From: Octopus sinensis
Taxonomy: Eukaryota
Reading direction: 5' to 3'
Length of the DNA: 64,000 nt
Assembly (NCBI RefSeq): GCF_006345805.1
Contig: NC_042998.1
Location: 196,850,001 to 196,914,000, forward strand
A program made the translations under genes and the position numbers. The notes below the pieces were generated by a model that was not told the origin of the DNA, searched no databases, and saw only the letters and a program-made list of their open reading frames with translations. How positions within the stretch are numbered: position 1 is the stretch's first letter; each line of letters opens with the position of its first letter. Below, piece by piece: positions 12,281-24,073 of this stretch.

Positions 12281-12629
12281 CTGGTATTAATACTTCTGCT
12301 GCAGAGTACTGGTCTCCTTGAGTAAGAATAACTATTTGCACCCTCTGATACAAACCATTTTGGGCTTGGTTTCTATGACTGGATGCCTCTAACACCAACC
12401 ACTTTACAGTATATACTGCGTGCATTTTATCATGGAACCAGCATTAGCGGGGTTGTCATGTGCTCAATAAATGTAAAGGGTCCTCTTGACTTAACACCTC
12501 CAATCATTCTCCAGCCACTGTATGTATGTTGTGTCCTGGGTGGATTATATAGTGGTACCAATGCTAAGGGACTGCTTTGTACCCTGTAAAGTTATTGGAG
12601 TGAGAAGGTTGTAGAGTGGTGAGAGGCTA

Positions 12630-12631
12630 AT

Positions 12632-12678
<47 letters not shown>

Positions 12679-12783
12679 TGATAATAATAATAATAATAAT
12701 ATGATAATAATAATAATAATAATAATAATAATATAATAATAATTAATAATAATAATAATATAATAATAATAATAATAATTAAT

Positions 12784-12834
<51 letters not shown>

Positions 12835-12872
12835 TAATAACAATAACAACATAATAACAATAACAATAACAA
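12630..12872. repeat. (TAA)n microsatellite
   Basis: Directly visible. Confidence 0.95.
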
Positions 12873-12875
12873 TAG

Positions 12876-13235
12876 ATACTTACTTGTACTTGTGGTGACA
12901 TTCACCCTGGGTGGGTTGAGTCGGCTTCTTCTACTCATGGAAGAAGTTTCATGGGAATATGTGGATTTCACAAGCGGTCCCCAACAATCCTTCATGTGGA
13001 GACATCCTGTTTGCCGCAGATTGAACGAGGAGCCGCCGGTTGCCGAAGCAGACACTCTGAGGATTTTCACCAGAGCCCCGTCCGCCGGGTTGTGGCCCTA
13101 ATACCACTCGGTGTCAGACCAATCCGCCTTGGGTGGCCCTACCAGGAAACGAAGTTCCCGACGGCATAGCTCTGACACTACCCGTTGCCAGCGTCCCCAC
13201 CACGGTGAGGAGGGGGGGATGGACTCTGGGGACGC
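12876..13235 (-). mobile_element. Short bipartite RTE derivative (RTE 5' head fused to RTE 3' tail)
   Basis: Head ccgtggtgggga...gagctatgccgtcggg...cctggtagggccaccc resembles RTE/Expander 5' ends; tail STHPG*MSPQVQV with (AAGT) end shared with 60855-61140. Confidence 0.6.
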
Positions 13236-13669
13236 AATAATAATAATAGATATAGAGTGATGGTCATAGTGAATGATGGATTTCAATGACAAGGGGCTTG
13301 CAGGGTTGGGGAGAAGGAAGTGTAGAAGGAGTAATGTTAAAATGTATTGGGTGCATGCAGATCTGATGTGATTGCTTATACATATGCTGTATGATTGGCA
13401 AGAAAGGTAAAGTGATAAAGATATGAGAGGAGGATGTGTTGTCAAGTGTTGGAGAGAGGAAACAGTCAGATGGGTCTAGTGACAGCCCTAGTTACAGCCC
13501 TAGTTACAGTGGAAGCAAGGTATGAGAGAGATCTATTGCCATCTTCAATCACATTGACGCCATTGAACAATGAGAGTGATAGAGAGATGAGTGATAAAGA
13601 GATGAATGATAGAGGGATGAATGATAGAGGGATGAGTGACAAGGGATGTGTGTGTGTGTGTGTGTGTGT

Positions 13670-13966
13670 GGAGGTGCAATGGCCCAGTGGTTAGAGCAGC
13701 GGCCTCGCGGTTGTAGGATCACAGTTTCAATTCCCAGACCAGGCGTTGTGAGTGTTTATTGAACGAAAACACCTAAAGCCCCACGAGGCTCCAGCAGGGG
13801 GTGGTGGCGATCCCTGCTGTACTCTTTCGTCCCAACTTTCTCTCACTCGTCTGTTGGCCTGCTCGCTTAGCCAAGTGGGGTGGCGTTATTTGAAGGCTAA
13901 AACAATGCAAAGCGCATTGTGACCAGCGATGTGTAGCACCATCTGATAGCCTGGTCGGTCACGGTG

Positions 13967-13968
<2 letters not shown>
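13670..13968 (+). mobile_element. tRNA-derived SINE family C. Other copies: 18820-19113 +, 24069-24374 -, 25318-25600 +
   Basis: Shared tRNA-like head and body. Confidence 0.88.
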
Positions 13969-14007
<39 letters not shown>

Positions 14008-14059
14008 TTTTTCTAATGATTCCTCATCAGTTTTTTCCATTTCATCTTATTTTCTTCAG

Positions 14060-14158
14060 ATTGGTTTCACAGCTCTTCATCGAGCTTGCTCCCAGGGCCA
14101 CACTGCAGTATGTAAAGTATTACTGGAGGAAGGATGCGCAAAGGACCTGCAAGATGAG
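14060..14158 (+). CDS. ANKRD6: ANKRD6-like ankyrin exon
   Basis: 99 nt, ag/gt; IGFTALHRACSQGHTAVCKVLLEEGCAKDLQDE. Confidence 0.92.
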
Positions 14159-14510
14159 GTAAGCACATCTTACTACTTATAATTGTTGTGGTTTAAGCCT
14201 GTTCAGCCCTAATCTATTTCTTTACTGCCCACAAGAGGCTAAACACAGAGGGGACAAACAAAGACAGACAAAGGGATTAAGTCGGTTACATTGACACCAG
14301 TGCGTAACTGGTACTTTATTTATCGACCCCGAAAGGATGAAAGGCAAAGTCGACCTCAGCGGAATTTGCACTCAGAACATAACGGCAGACGAAATACCAC
14401 TAAGCATTTCGCCCGGCGTGCTAACGTTTCTGCCAGCTTGCCCTAATCAAGCAAACTTGGGGTTAGATGCATTTCAGTCGTGACCATTATATCTTTTATT
14501 TCACATATTA

Positions 14511-15672
14511 CGAGGGGCGTTCAATAAGTAATGCCCCTGACTCACTTCTCATAGCAGTAGAGCAACGAAACTTGGCACAGTTATTAGTCTTTTTCTGGGA
14601 AACGCTTGCCTTTCAAAAACAACTTCATGAGTGGGAAGAGGTGAACATCAGAGAGTGCAAGGTCAGGAGAGTTGGGGATGGGGGAGGAGTTCATAGCCGC
14701 ATGCCTGTGCTTCTGATCTGGCAACACGCGAGTTGTGGACCGGAGCGTTGTCCTGCATGAGGAGGATGCCTTTGCTGATCTTGCCCCGCCTCTTGATTTT
14801 GATAGCTTCTCTTAATTTCCTCAAAAGTGAAGCATGATAGGCTCCTGTAATTGTAGAACCCTTTGCCAGGAAACCTGTCATCACTATTCCGTCCTGGTCC
14901 CAGAAGACTGTGAGCATGACCTTACCAGCGGAACGCTGCACCCTTGCCTTCTTTGGAGGAGGTGAGTCACGGTGCTTCCACTGCATTGACTGGGCTTTGG
15001 TCTCTAGATCATAGTGATGGACCCAGGTTTCATCCTGTGTAATCATTCTTTTGAAAAATTTTGACTCATCTTCTTGGCACATCTCCAAATTCATCCTCGA
15101 GTACTCAACGCGTTCTTGCTTCTGGAAAGGTGTGAGCAACCTGGGAATCCATCTGGCAGACATCTTTTGCATATGCAAATGGTCATGAATGATAGTTTCC
15201 ACAGACCCGGTACTAATCTTGACTTCATGGGCTATTTGGCGAATAGTTATGCGTCGATCTTCCAAAATGGCAGCCTCAACTTGACGGACAGATGCCTCAT
15301 CAATGGCAGAAAGGGGGCGACCAGATCTGGGAGCTATTTCCACAGAGTTCCAACCATGTTTGAATTCACAATGCCAGCGATTTACAAGGTCATATGATGG
15401 GGCATCATTACCATAAGTTACTTTCATTTCATCAAAAGTCTCCCGTGGTGTGCGTCCTTTCAAATACAAAAACCGGATCACTGCTCGACCCTCAACAGGC
15501 TCCATTTTACACTTGACTCAGTTCAAACACCTGTAAATCAGAAACCACAATTAGTTCAGAGCTGTAATTTGCCACTTAATCTATAGAGATGGAAATGATT
15601 TCACATGCAAAATTTCAGCTAGATCAAACAACTGCAAGTGGGTCAGGGGCATTACTTATTGATCATCCCTCG
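14511..15672 (-). mobile_element. Mariner (irritans/Himar1-like) transposon, defective
   Basis: TA TSDs; TIRs cgaggggcgttcaataagtaatgcccctgac; transposase ORF 15505-14663 with QDETWVHHY and QDNAP; frameshift at HP(P)YSPDLAPSD and C-terminal deletion. Confidence 0.95.
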
Positions 15673-16728
15673 TATGTATCTTGAACTAAATTTTCCAATG
15701 TGACCTTTACTTTTCTAAGTTGGAAGGATGTATGTTGAGGAAGATTTGGCTGCTATTTCCTGTAGGCTGAGAAACCACAGAGAATGTTCCTCATTGGTTT
15801 GAGTCCTATTGTGTACTCTGGCGAGTCTGCAATTCATCAACCGAATTGATGAAATGGGTACCAGTAATATATGAGGGTCAATTGAATGAGGATTACCTGC
15901 CCAATAAATAAATCTATGTCATTGAGTAAATGGTGATAGATTGAGACAGTTCATATAAGACCTTTTTTTTATTGAAGTAATTCTGAAGTCTTATAGTTAA
16001 AGTAAGGTCCTGGATTGGGAATGTGCAACAGCTAATTACAAAGACTCAGTCTTCAGCAACATACCAAAGCTAACATTCAGTATTGAGTATTGAGTAGTGA
16101 GAACAGAGACAAACTCCTCAGCATGCTGAGTCTATAAGTCTGTGTTTTACAGCTGTGGGCATTTCCTTTTATTTACATTTTTAATACCATTGAATAAAGA
16201 ATGAATTTTTCACAATTTCCATTTTAGATTTAGTGCTGTATTTACTGTCTGCTATACAATGCCTATATTTAGACTGAGCTTGTGAATCTGAAGAAAGTCA
16301 TCAATGAATATCACATTTTCTTTCTTTGTAAAATCTCTTCTAAAAGTTTGAGTCATTGTGAGTGAGAAGAAAGTGTAAAAGTAGAATACTGGACAAAATC
16401 ATCATCATCATCATCGTTTAACGTCCGCTTTCCATGCTAGCATGGGTTGGACGATTTAACTGAGGTCTGGCAAACCAGATGGCTGCACCAGACTCCAATC
16501 TGATCTGATAGAGTTTCTACAGCTGGATGCTCTTCCAAACGCCAACCACTCCGAGAGTGTAGTGGGTGATTTTACGTACCATCGGCATGAGGGCCAGTTT
16601 TTTTATATTAATAACTTCAATAATAGAAAAAAAAAAAAAAAAAGGGATTTCTAGCAAGAAGATTGTCTTCCTTCCTCTGAAAATGGAATGAACAACCATC
16701 CATTATTATGTTTCTGTTTATTTTGCAG

Positions 16729-16827
16729 CATGGTAACACGGCACTGCATGAAGCTTCCTGGAATGGCTATAGTAAAACTTTAGACATTTTAGTGAAGAAC
16801 AACTGTAAGGTTTCGCTTCAGAATAAG
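16729..16827 (+). CDS. ANKRD6: ANKRD6-like ankyrin exon
   Basis: 99 nt, ag/gt; HGNTALHEASWNGYSKTLDILVKNNCKVSLQNK, matching the ANKRD6-diagnostic NTALHEASW. Confidence 0.93.
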
Positions 16828-17264
16828 GTCAGTTAAAAGTCGTTTCTTACGGTGATTACAATTCAGTCAAATATCTGACTATTTTGGTAGATGTTAAAGT
16901 GGTGCATGGTAGAAATGGTAGAAATGGTAGAATGCTGGACTAAATATGATACAGTAACTAGTTTCATGATTCTATGTTCTCGGTTGAATTTTCAAATCAA
17001 CTGTATTGCCCTAAACTTATATTTGAAACCAACATTTTGATATATGTTAAAGAATCTGTACATCCTAATTTACCACCTGATATATATGCCTGGAGCCATG
17101 CATTGAGGCTTCTGTGGACTCAGGTGAGTTTTAGTCTATGTGTTAATGGACAGATATTGAAATTTGTCAAGTCTGGTGACATGTGGAAAAGGGATGCAAA
17201 CTCGTCTGAAAATATCAAATCAACAATAAGTAATAACACAAGTCAGATTACAAACAATTTCAAA

Positions 17265-17742
17265 GAGTGCATATAACTCGAACGCCTTACTTCCCTGGGC
17301 ATGAATACATTGAAACTCTGACGTCTGGCAGCTGACTTGGCAGACACCCATAAAATTATTAACCATCTTACAAACAATAACTCTGAGCACCTTTTCAAAC
17401 TCCACCTGTCTAACATCCGTGGACATGTTTACAAAGTCAGAAAACAGCCCAGCTCCCATGACTTTCGGAAACATTTTTTTCACGCTAAGAGTTGCTAAAG
17501 CATGGAACAAACTGCCGGCATCAGTTGTTAGTTGTCGGAGCCCTGCATCCTTCAAAACTTCCATGCTTCCTGAGATTCGCCAACACTACACCTGATTTTC
17601 TCCCCTCCATACACACGCAAGCATGTATCTGACTCATACACTGTTCACTTCCCAGACATTTGTACATTATTGCATATTCTTTATATGCACTTTCTGACAA
17701 GTTGTGGTGCACCTGAGCACTATACAATAATTTCATTATTAA
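17265..17742 (+). mobile_element. CR1 3' fragment
   Basis: Same family as 4913-5332. Confidence 0.85.
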
Positions 17743-17924
17743 TAAACTTTTGGGATTCACTTGCCCTCCAAGACTGGTGAAACTGATGTAGGGGAGTTTT
17801 TTTTCCCCTCAATCAATTCTAAATTATGCTGTTAGGTGACTGGCATGCCAAAGAATAGACCCAACGTTTCCTCTGCATATCATAAAAGGTGACTAGAAGA
17901 GGTTGAAGTAATAATGATGAAATT

Positions 17925-18470
17925 ATTGTATACAGTGCTCAGGTGCACCACAACTTGTCAAATGTGCATGTAAAGTATATGCAGTAATGTACAAATGTCT
18001 GGGAAGTGAACAGTGTATGAGTCAGATACATGCTTGCATGTGTATGGAGGGGAAAAAATCAGGTGTAGTGTTGGCGAATCTCAGGAAGCATGGAAGTTTT
18101 GAAGGATGCAGTGCTCCGACAACTAACAACTGATGCCGGCAGTTTGTCCCATGCTTCAGCAACTCTTAGTGTGAAAAAATGTTCCCGAAAGTCATGGAAG
18201 GAGCTGTGCTGTTTTCTGACTTTGTAAACATGTCCATGGGTGTTAGACAGGTGGAGTTTGAAAAGGTGCTCAGAGTTATTGTTTGTAAGATGGTTAATAA
18301 TTTTATGGGTGTCTGCCAAGTCAGCTGCCAGACGTCGGAGTTTCAATGTGTCCATGCCCAGGGAAGAAGTAAGGCGTTCAGAATATGACAAATTCCTGAT
18401 GGAGGGTATTCTCTTGGTTGCACGTTGCTGAATGGCTTCCAGATAATTAATATCCTGGGTTTGCACTCTG
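17925..18470 (-). mobile_element. CR1 3' fragment, inverted relative to 17265-17742
   Basis: LEAIQQRATKRIPSIRNLSYSERL...LPEIRQHYT*. Confidence 0.88.
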
Positions 18471-19302
18471 ACCCAAAACCCTCACCAACAACTGCTACCC
18501 AAAACAGACAATCGAGGGTTGTCATCTGAGTGGTGCAAAGGTGCCATCTGCTCTGAGTAGGGAATCACCAACAAAGTGTAAATGCAGCGACACGCTGTTA
18601 TAGTGCATGGCCCTATACTTCCTCCTCCTCTTTTTATTACTGTTGCTACTGCTACTACTAAGAAGTTGAAAAGCACAAGTGCAAGGAAGGAATCCTTGAG
18701 AGATGATATTCTGTGGGAGGAAGGATTGTACATATTAATTAGTGCAGTGCCTTGGGAGTGGTAAATACAGTGTAAGTGATGAGGGAAGAGACAAGAGATG
18801 AGTGAGGGTGGTCTGTAGAGGCACATGGCCTAGTGGTTAGAGCAGCTGACTCGCGATCGAGGGATTGCGGGTTCAGATCTCAAACCGGGTGATGTGTGTG
18901 TTTATGAGTGAAACACCTAAGCTCCACGCGGCTCCGGCAGAAGGTAATGGTGAACTTCTGCTGACTCTTTCGCCACAAATTTCTCTCACTCTTTCCTCCT
19001 GCATCTTGCAGCTCACCTGCGATGGACCGGCGTCCCGTCCAGGTGGGGAACCTATATGCCAAGGAAACCGGGAAACTGGCCCTTATGAGCCAGGCATGGC
19101 TCAAGAAGGAACAAAGAAAAAAGAGGGTGGTCTGAAGAGCAGAGGCCACTGAAGCAATGATTTAATATCTGTCTGGTTTGGGAGTGAATAATGGAATAGT
19201 TAACAACTTATATTCTTTTCAGTTATTGTACTGTGGCCATACTGGGGCACTACCTTATTACTTATATGATCTGAAGTTTGGATGATATTTTTTTTTTTCC
19301 AG

Positions 19303-19401
19303 AGTGGTTTTACTCCATTGCACCTTGCTGCACAAAATGGTCATAATGAAAGTTCTAGAATTTTGATCTACTCTGGCTGTAGTACAGATATAAAGAACAA
19401 T
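19303..19401 (+). CDS. ANKRD6: ANKRD6-like ankyrin exon
   Basis: 99 nt, ag/gt; SGFTPLHLAAQNGHNESSRILIYSGCSTDIKNN. Confidence 0.92.
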
Positions 19402-20760
19402 GTAAGTATTATTGTTGTTTACCCGTATAGCTTTCTTATATTCGCCCCGTGCTAGTAGGGTGCCAAGAGCACCATCTGAGCGTGATCGTTGCCAGAGCAG
19501 CCAACTGGCTTCCGTGCTGGTGGTATGTTGGAGGCACCATTTGAGCGTGATTGTTACCAACGTCACCTTACTGGCACCTGTGCCGTTGGCATGAGTAAAA
19601 AGATTCGAGTGAGGTCATTGCCAGCACCACCTGACTGGCTCCTGTGCTGGTGGCACATAAAAGCAGCCACTACACTCTGCCAGATCAAGATTGGAGACTG
19701 GTGCAACCATCTGGTTTGCCAGCCCTCAGTCAAATCGTCCAACCCATGCTAGCATGGAAAGCAGATGTTAAATGATGACGACGACAACGAATCAACTCCT
19801 GCTTATTTAAAGATGAAATGGAGAGAAGAAGGATATCTGAGGAATGTCCTTTCACTCATTTGTTTAATTAAACCTAATTAGAGTCAGCTACTGACACTAC
19901 CACAAGGTTCATAACTCCAATGTTTCCGCAGGATTGCAGTACTTCTTTCCTTACGCTTCATTATTGTTACCTCCTCATTCCATCCATTTTTCATCTTTGC
20001 TGTGATACTTGCTGTCTCAATATTTAGGACTTGCAGCAGAGAGCTGGCAGAAATGTTAGCACACTGGGTGAAAAGCTTAGCGGCATTTCGTCTGTCTTTA
20101 CATTCTGAGTTCAAATTCCGCCGAGGTCGACTTTGCCTTTCATCCCTTCAGGGTCGATGAATTAAGTACCAGTTGCATACTGGGTTCAATCTAATCAACT
20201 GGCGCCCTCCCACAAAATTTTGGACCTTGTGCCTAAAGCAGGAAAAAATATTTAGGACCTAAAATATCTGTTTTATAAATAAGCACAAATTATAAGTAAT
20301 ATATGTAAGTGTCTTCTGCTATAGCCCTGGGCCGACCAATGCCTTGTGAGTGGATTTGGTAGACGGAAACTGAAAGAAGCCTGTCATATATATGTATATG
20401 TATATATGTGTGTGTATGTGTGTCTGTGTTTGTCCCCCCTAGCATTGCTTGACAACCGATGCTGGTGTGTTTACATCCCCGTCACTTAGCGGTTTGGCAA
20501 AAGAGACCGATAGAATAAGTACTGGGCTTACAAAGAATAATTCCCGGGGTCGATTTGCTCGACTAAAGGCGGTGCTCCAGCATGGCCGCAGTCAAATGAC
20601 TGAAACGAGTAAAAGAGAAAAGAGTAATAGAATAAATGAATTGTGTATGTTTGTGTGTGTGTGTGTGAGTGAGTATGTGCGTGTGCTACATGTGTGTGTT
20701 CATGCATGTGTGTGGGTATTCTTATTTTAAATCCTTTAAATTCTCCACATATTTTTCCAG

Positions 20761-20859
20761 TATGGTGACACATCCTTGCATACAGCAGCTCGTTATGGCC
20801 ATGCAGGTGTTGCACGTATCTTAATTAGTGCCAGGTGTTCACTGAATGAAGAGAACAAG
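20761..20859 (+). CDS. ANKRD6: ANKRD6-like ankyrin exon
   Basis: 99 nt, ag/gt; YGDTSLHTAARYGHAGVARILISARCSLNEENK. Confidence 0.92.
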
Positions 20860-21114
20860 GTAAGAAATTTCATTATATGTGTGGTGAATTGTTGCTGTCG
20901 TCATTTAATCCTGTCGTCCTTTAATCCAGCAAACCCTATGACCAACTCCACAAACCCTTATTAACTATTACCCTGAGGTTCTCACATCCAACGTCTTCAG
21001 AGTAAAGTAGACAGTCATAACAGCAACCTTAAATCTTTCTAATTCTTTAACAACTCTCAGTAGATGTGGGTTGACAGATTCTGGAATTAATAATAATAAT
21101 AATAATAATAATAA

Positions 21115-21622
21115 TTGTGTACAGTGCTCAGGTGCACTACAACTCATCTAAAGTGTATATATAATCAGGTGTAGTTTCGGCGGATTTCGGAAAGCATGAG
21201 GGCCTTAAAGGATGCAGTGTCATGGCAGTCAACAACTGATGCAGGCAGTTTATTCCATGCTTCAGCAACTCTGAGCGTGAAAAAATGTTTCTGAAAGTCA
21301 TGGGAGCTGTGTTGTTTTCTGACTTTGTAGGCATGTCCACGTGTGTTAGACACATGGAGATCAAAAAGGTGTTCAGTGTTGTTGTTGGTGAGGTGGTTGA
21401 TAACTTTGTGGGCGTTTACCAAGTCTGTCGCCAGACGCCGGAGCTTCAGTGAATCCATGCCCAGGGAAACAAGGCGCTCAGAGTATGGTAGGTGTCTGCA
21501 GACCTACTTCCCTCTGTTTGTCACCAGTACCCATTCACTCTTGAGAAATTACTGCATATGCTTTATACGCACTTTCTGACAAGTTGTGGTGCACCTGAGC
21601 ACTGTATACAATAATTTCATTA
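21115..21622. mobile_element. Two CR1 3' ends head-to-head (minus 21115-21500; plus 21545-21622)
   Basis: Both carry the ggtgcacctgagcactgta tail, pointing outward. Confidence 0.75.
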
Positions 21623-21669
21623 TTAAAATTAAATTACAATTAGTTTACAACTTGATCTTTGTAGGTAAA

Positions 21670-22400
21670 GTGATAGCTATGGACACGTTTTGGTCTTATT
21701 AAATCTCATCAGCATGGCATAGTCTATTCGAGCTGGTTTTGATCAATTTAGTTTTTACACTTTAGTTTTTGAAAGAGACTTTAAAAGATTTTGTGTTAAA
21801 AATGATTTCCGTTATTGAAAAAAATAAAATGAGCGAAGGGAAGTAACTTAAGTGGGCTAATGGTATGAATCTAGAAAATGTAGCGGATAATGTATTGAAT
21901 GATCAATGTAGAAATTCTCACAAGCCTCAGGTCAACCAAAATTTTGTGAGTAAAATTTAATTGACAGAAACTAGAAACTGCTTTCGGGTGGCAGACTTAG
22001 TCAAACTCTTGGTTTCCTCCACCTGGGTCTTGGGTTTTCTGTTTCAAAGAACAGGGGAGATAATTCCATGAAACTAGTTCGTTAAAGTTAATTTACATGC
22101 CTCCCCGTTGATTCATTTGAATTATTTCTCTTGGTTCATTTACAAATTATACTGTCCGTAACTTTTCTATATATAAGAATCTCTGTCAAACTAATCGAAC
22201 AAGCTTACGTTTATAGTTGTCCGTTGCCTTGTAAACATTGATAGAACTTTTGATCCCCCCAAACGTAAATTTACTTTTGAGAAATTAGTTCTAAATTTCT
22301 TGAAGTTACCTCCCCTCTTCTTAGTTGCTCTGAATAGACTTTTGTTTTCTTCTTTCTGAAAGGGAAATTTAAATCAACGAATATTTTTACATACAGAATT
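21670..22400 (-). mobile_element. Decayed Penelope-like 3' end with degenerate hammerhead motif at 21677-21717
   Basis: Remnant frame ends ...KLLPF...KLN*, followed by CTGATGA-gatttaataagacc-AAAAC-gt-GTC. Confidence 0.45.
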
Positions 22401-22580
22401 GACTACAAGAGGCTTTGTTACTGACTCATAGTACTTATGCTATGAAGCTGAACTGTGTACTTTAATGAGAGGGTGGGTGCTTAGCGAGCTGTATTAAATT
22501 ATGTATTAACAAGAAGTGTGTAAAAACTGACGCGTCCCAAATAATTATAATTGAACAGAGACTGTTCTTTTACTCCTCAG

Positions 22581-22679
22581 AATGGTGACACACCGTTACA
22601 CATCGCTGCAGCATTGAAACGAAGGAAAATAGCTAAATTGCTTGTGGAAGCAGGTGTTGATTGTTCATTACGAAACAAG
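22581..22679 (+). CDS. ANKRD6: ANKRD6-like ankyrin exon
   Basis: 99 nt, ag/gt; NGDTPLHIAAALKRRKIAKLLVEAGVDCSLRNK (compare human [24 protein letters not shown]). Confidence 0.92.
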
Positions 22680-22809
22680 GTATGTTTTCATTTATCATTT
22701 GGTTCTGTGAATGAGCTCAAAAACTGATGAGGTCGACTTTGCCCTTTATCCATTCAGGGGTCAATAAAATAAGTACCAGTTAAGCAGTGGGGTCAATGTA
22801 ATTAACACC

Positions 22810-23106
22810 ATTCGGGCGTGATCGTTACCAGCATCGCCTTACTGGCACCTGTGCCGGTAGCATGTGTAAAGGAGTTGAGCGAGGTCATTGCCAGTACCGC
22901 TTGACTGGCCCCGTGCCGGTGGCACGTAAAAAGCACCCACTACACTCTCGGAGTGGTTGGCGTTAGGAAGGGCATCCAGCTGTAGAAACTCTGCCAGATC
23001 AAGATTGGAGCCTGCTGCAGCCCCTGGCTTCCCAGACCCCGGTCGAACCGTCCAACCCATGCTAGCATGGAAAACGGACGTTAAACGATGATGATGATGA
23101 TGATGA
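22810..23106 (+). mobile_element. SINE family E with RTE-type (GAT)n tail. About 20 further copies: ~11815-12040 -, 16401-16590 -, 19450-19785 +, 28230-28405 +, 29270-29398 +, 30740-31084 +, 37720-38195 +, 46870-47100 +, 47378-47540 -, 47763-48065 -, 49775-50003 +, 51735-52060 -, 52620-52936 +, 53330-53590 +, 54226-54750 -, 59197-59490 +, 60055-60500 -, 61688-61970 +, 63730-63940 -
   Basis: Core ggttggcgttaggaagggcatccagctgtagaaa; 3' end ggacgttaaacgatgatgat. Confidence 0.9.
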
Positions 23107-23699
23107 TTTCTCTCAAAATTGTTGGCTTCCTGCGAAAATTTGAAACAATTATTAGAGGGTCTGGGCCACTAACGGCAAATTCTTGTCATTGTTGGCAGCT
23201 CACCTTGCCAAAGTGTCAGGTGATGCCCATGAGGGTACTTGGCTTTTCTAATGCCATAGCCTCACCCGTAATAATACCTATTTCTTTACTACCCACAAGG
23301 GGCTAAACATAGAGGGGACAAACAAGGGCAGACAAAGGTATTAAATCGATTACATCGACCCCAGTGCATAGCTGGTACTTAATTTATCGACCCCGAAAGG
23401 ATGAAAGGCAAAGTGGACCTCGGCGGAATTTGAACTCAGAACGTAACGACAGACGAAATACAGCTACGCATTTTGCCCGGCATGCTAACGTTTCTGCCAG
23501 CTCGCGGCCTTAATAATACCGTGAGCATGCTGGCTTGCTTCAGTAAATTCTGTTGAACCTTGTGGTGTGTGACCAATTGAATCCCTTGGTGCTGCATTGT
23601 TGTTTTTTTTTTCTTTCTCTCCCCCCTTTTTTTTTCTTATTTTTCTCTTGTAAAATATATTCCTGTTCATATTTTGAATAAAAGACTTCTCTATAATAT

Positions 23700-24032
23700 C
23701 TGGGACCCCCTTCGGTCACGACACAGACCATGGGATTGCACCTACAAAGTTACCCTCCCAGGCACAAGTCCGGGCAAGGTTTATGGAAGACCAGCAGTCG
23801 CCCATGCATACCAGCCTCCCCTCTCCACGCCACCAGTGTTATCCAAGGGAAAAGCAAGGACCGATACAGCTTGGCACCTGTGACGTCGCATGGCTCAGTG
23901 GTTAGAGAGTTGAGCTTACGATCGTGAGGTTGTTAGCTCGAATCCCGGACCGGGCTGCATGTTATGTTCTTGAGCAAGACACTTTATTTCACATTGCTCC
24001 AGTTCACTCAGCTGTAGAAATGAGTAGCGACA
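23700..24032 (-). mobile_element. tRNA-derived SINE family D with 5' half inverted (twin-priming structure), 12-bp TSD
   Basis: Compared with the intact copy at 30350-30689; TSD tctctataatat at 23688-23699 and 24033-24044. Confidence 0.85.
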
Positions 24033-24035
24033 TCT

Positions 24036-24073
<38 letters not shown>

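Noticed and set aside
13100-13235. HDV-like ribozyme in the RTE 5' head
   Set aside because: A consistent P1/P1.1/P2/P3 pseudoknot could not be built by hand; a descriptor search would be needed
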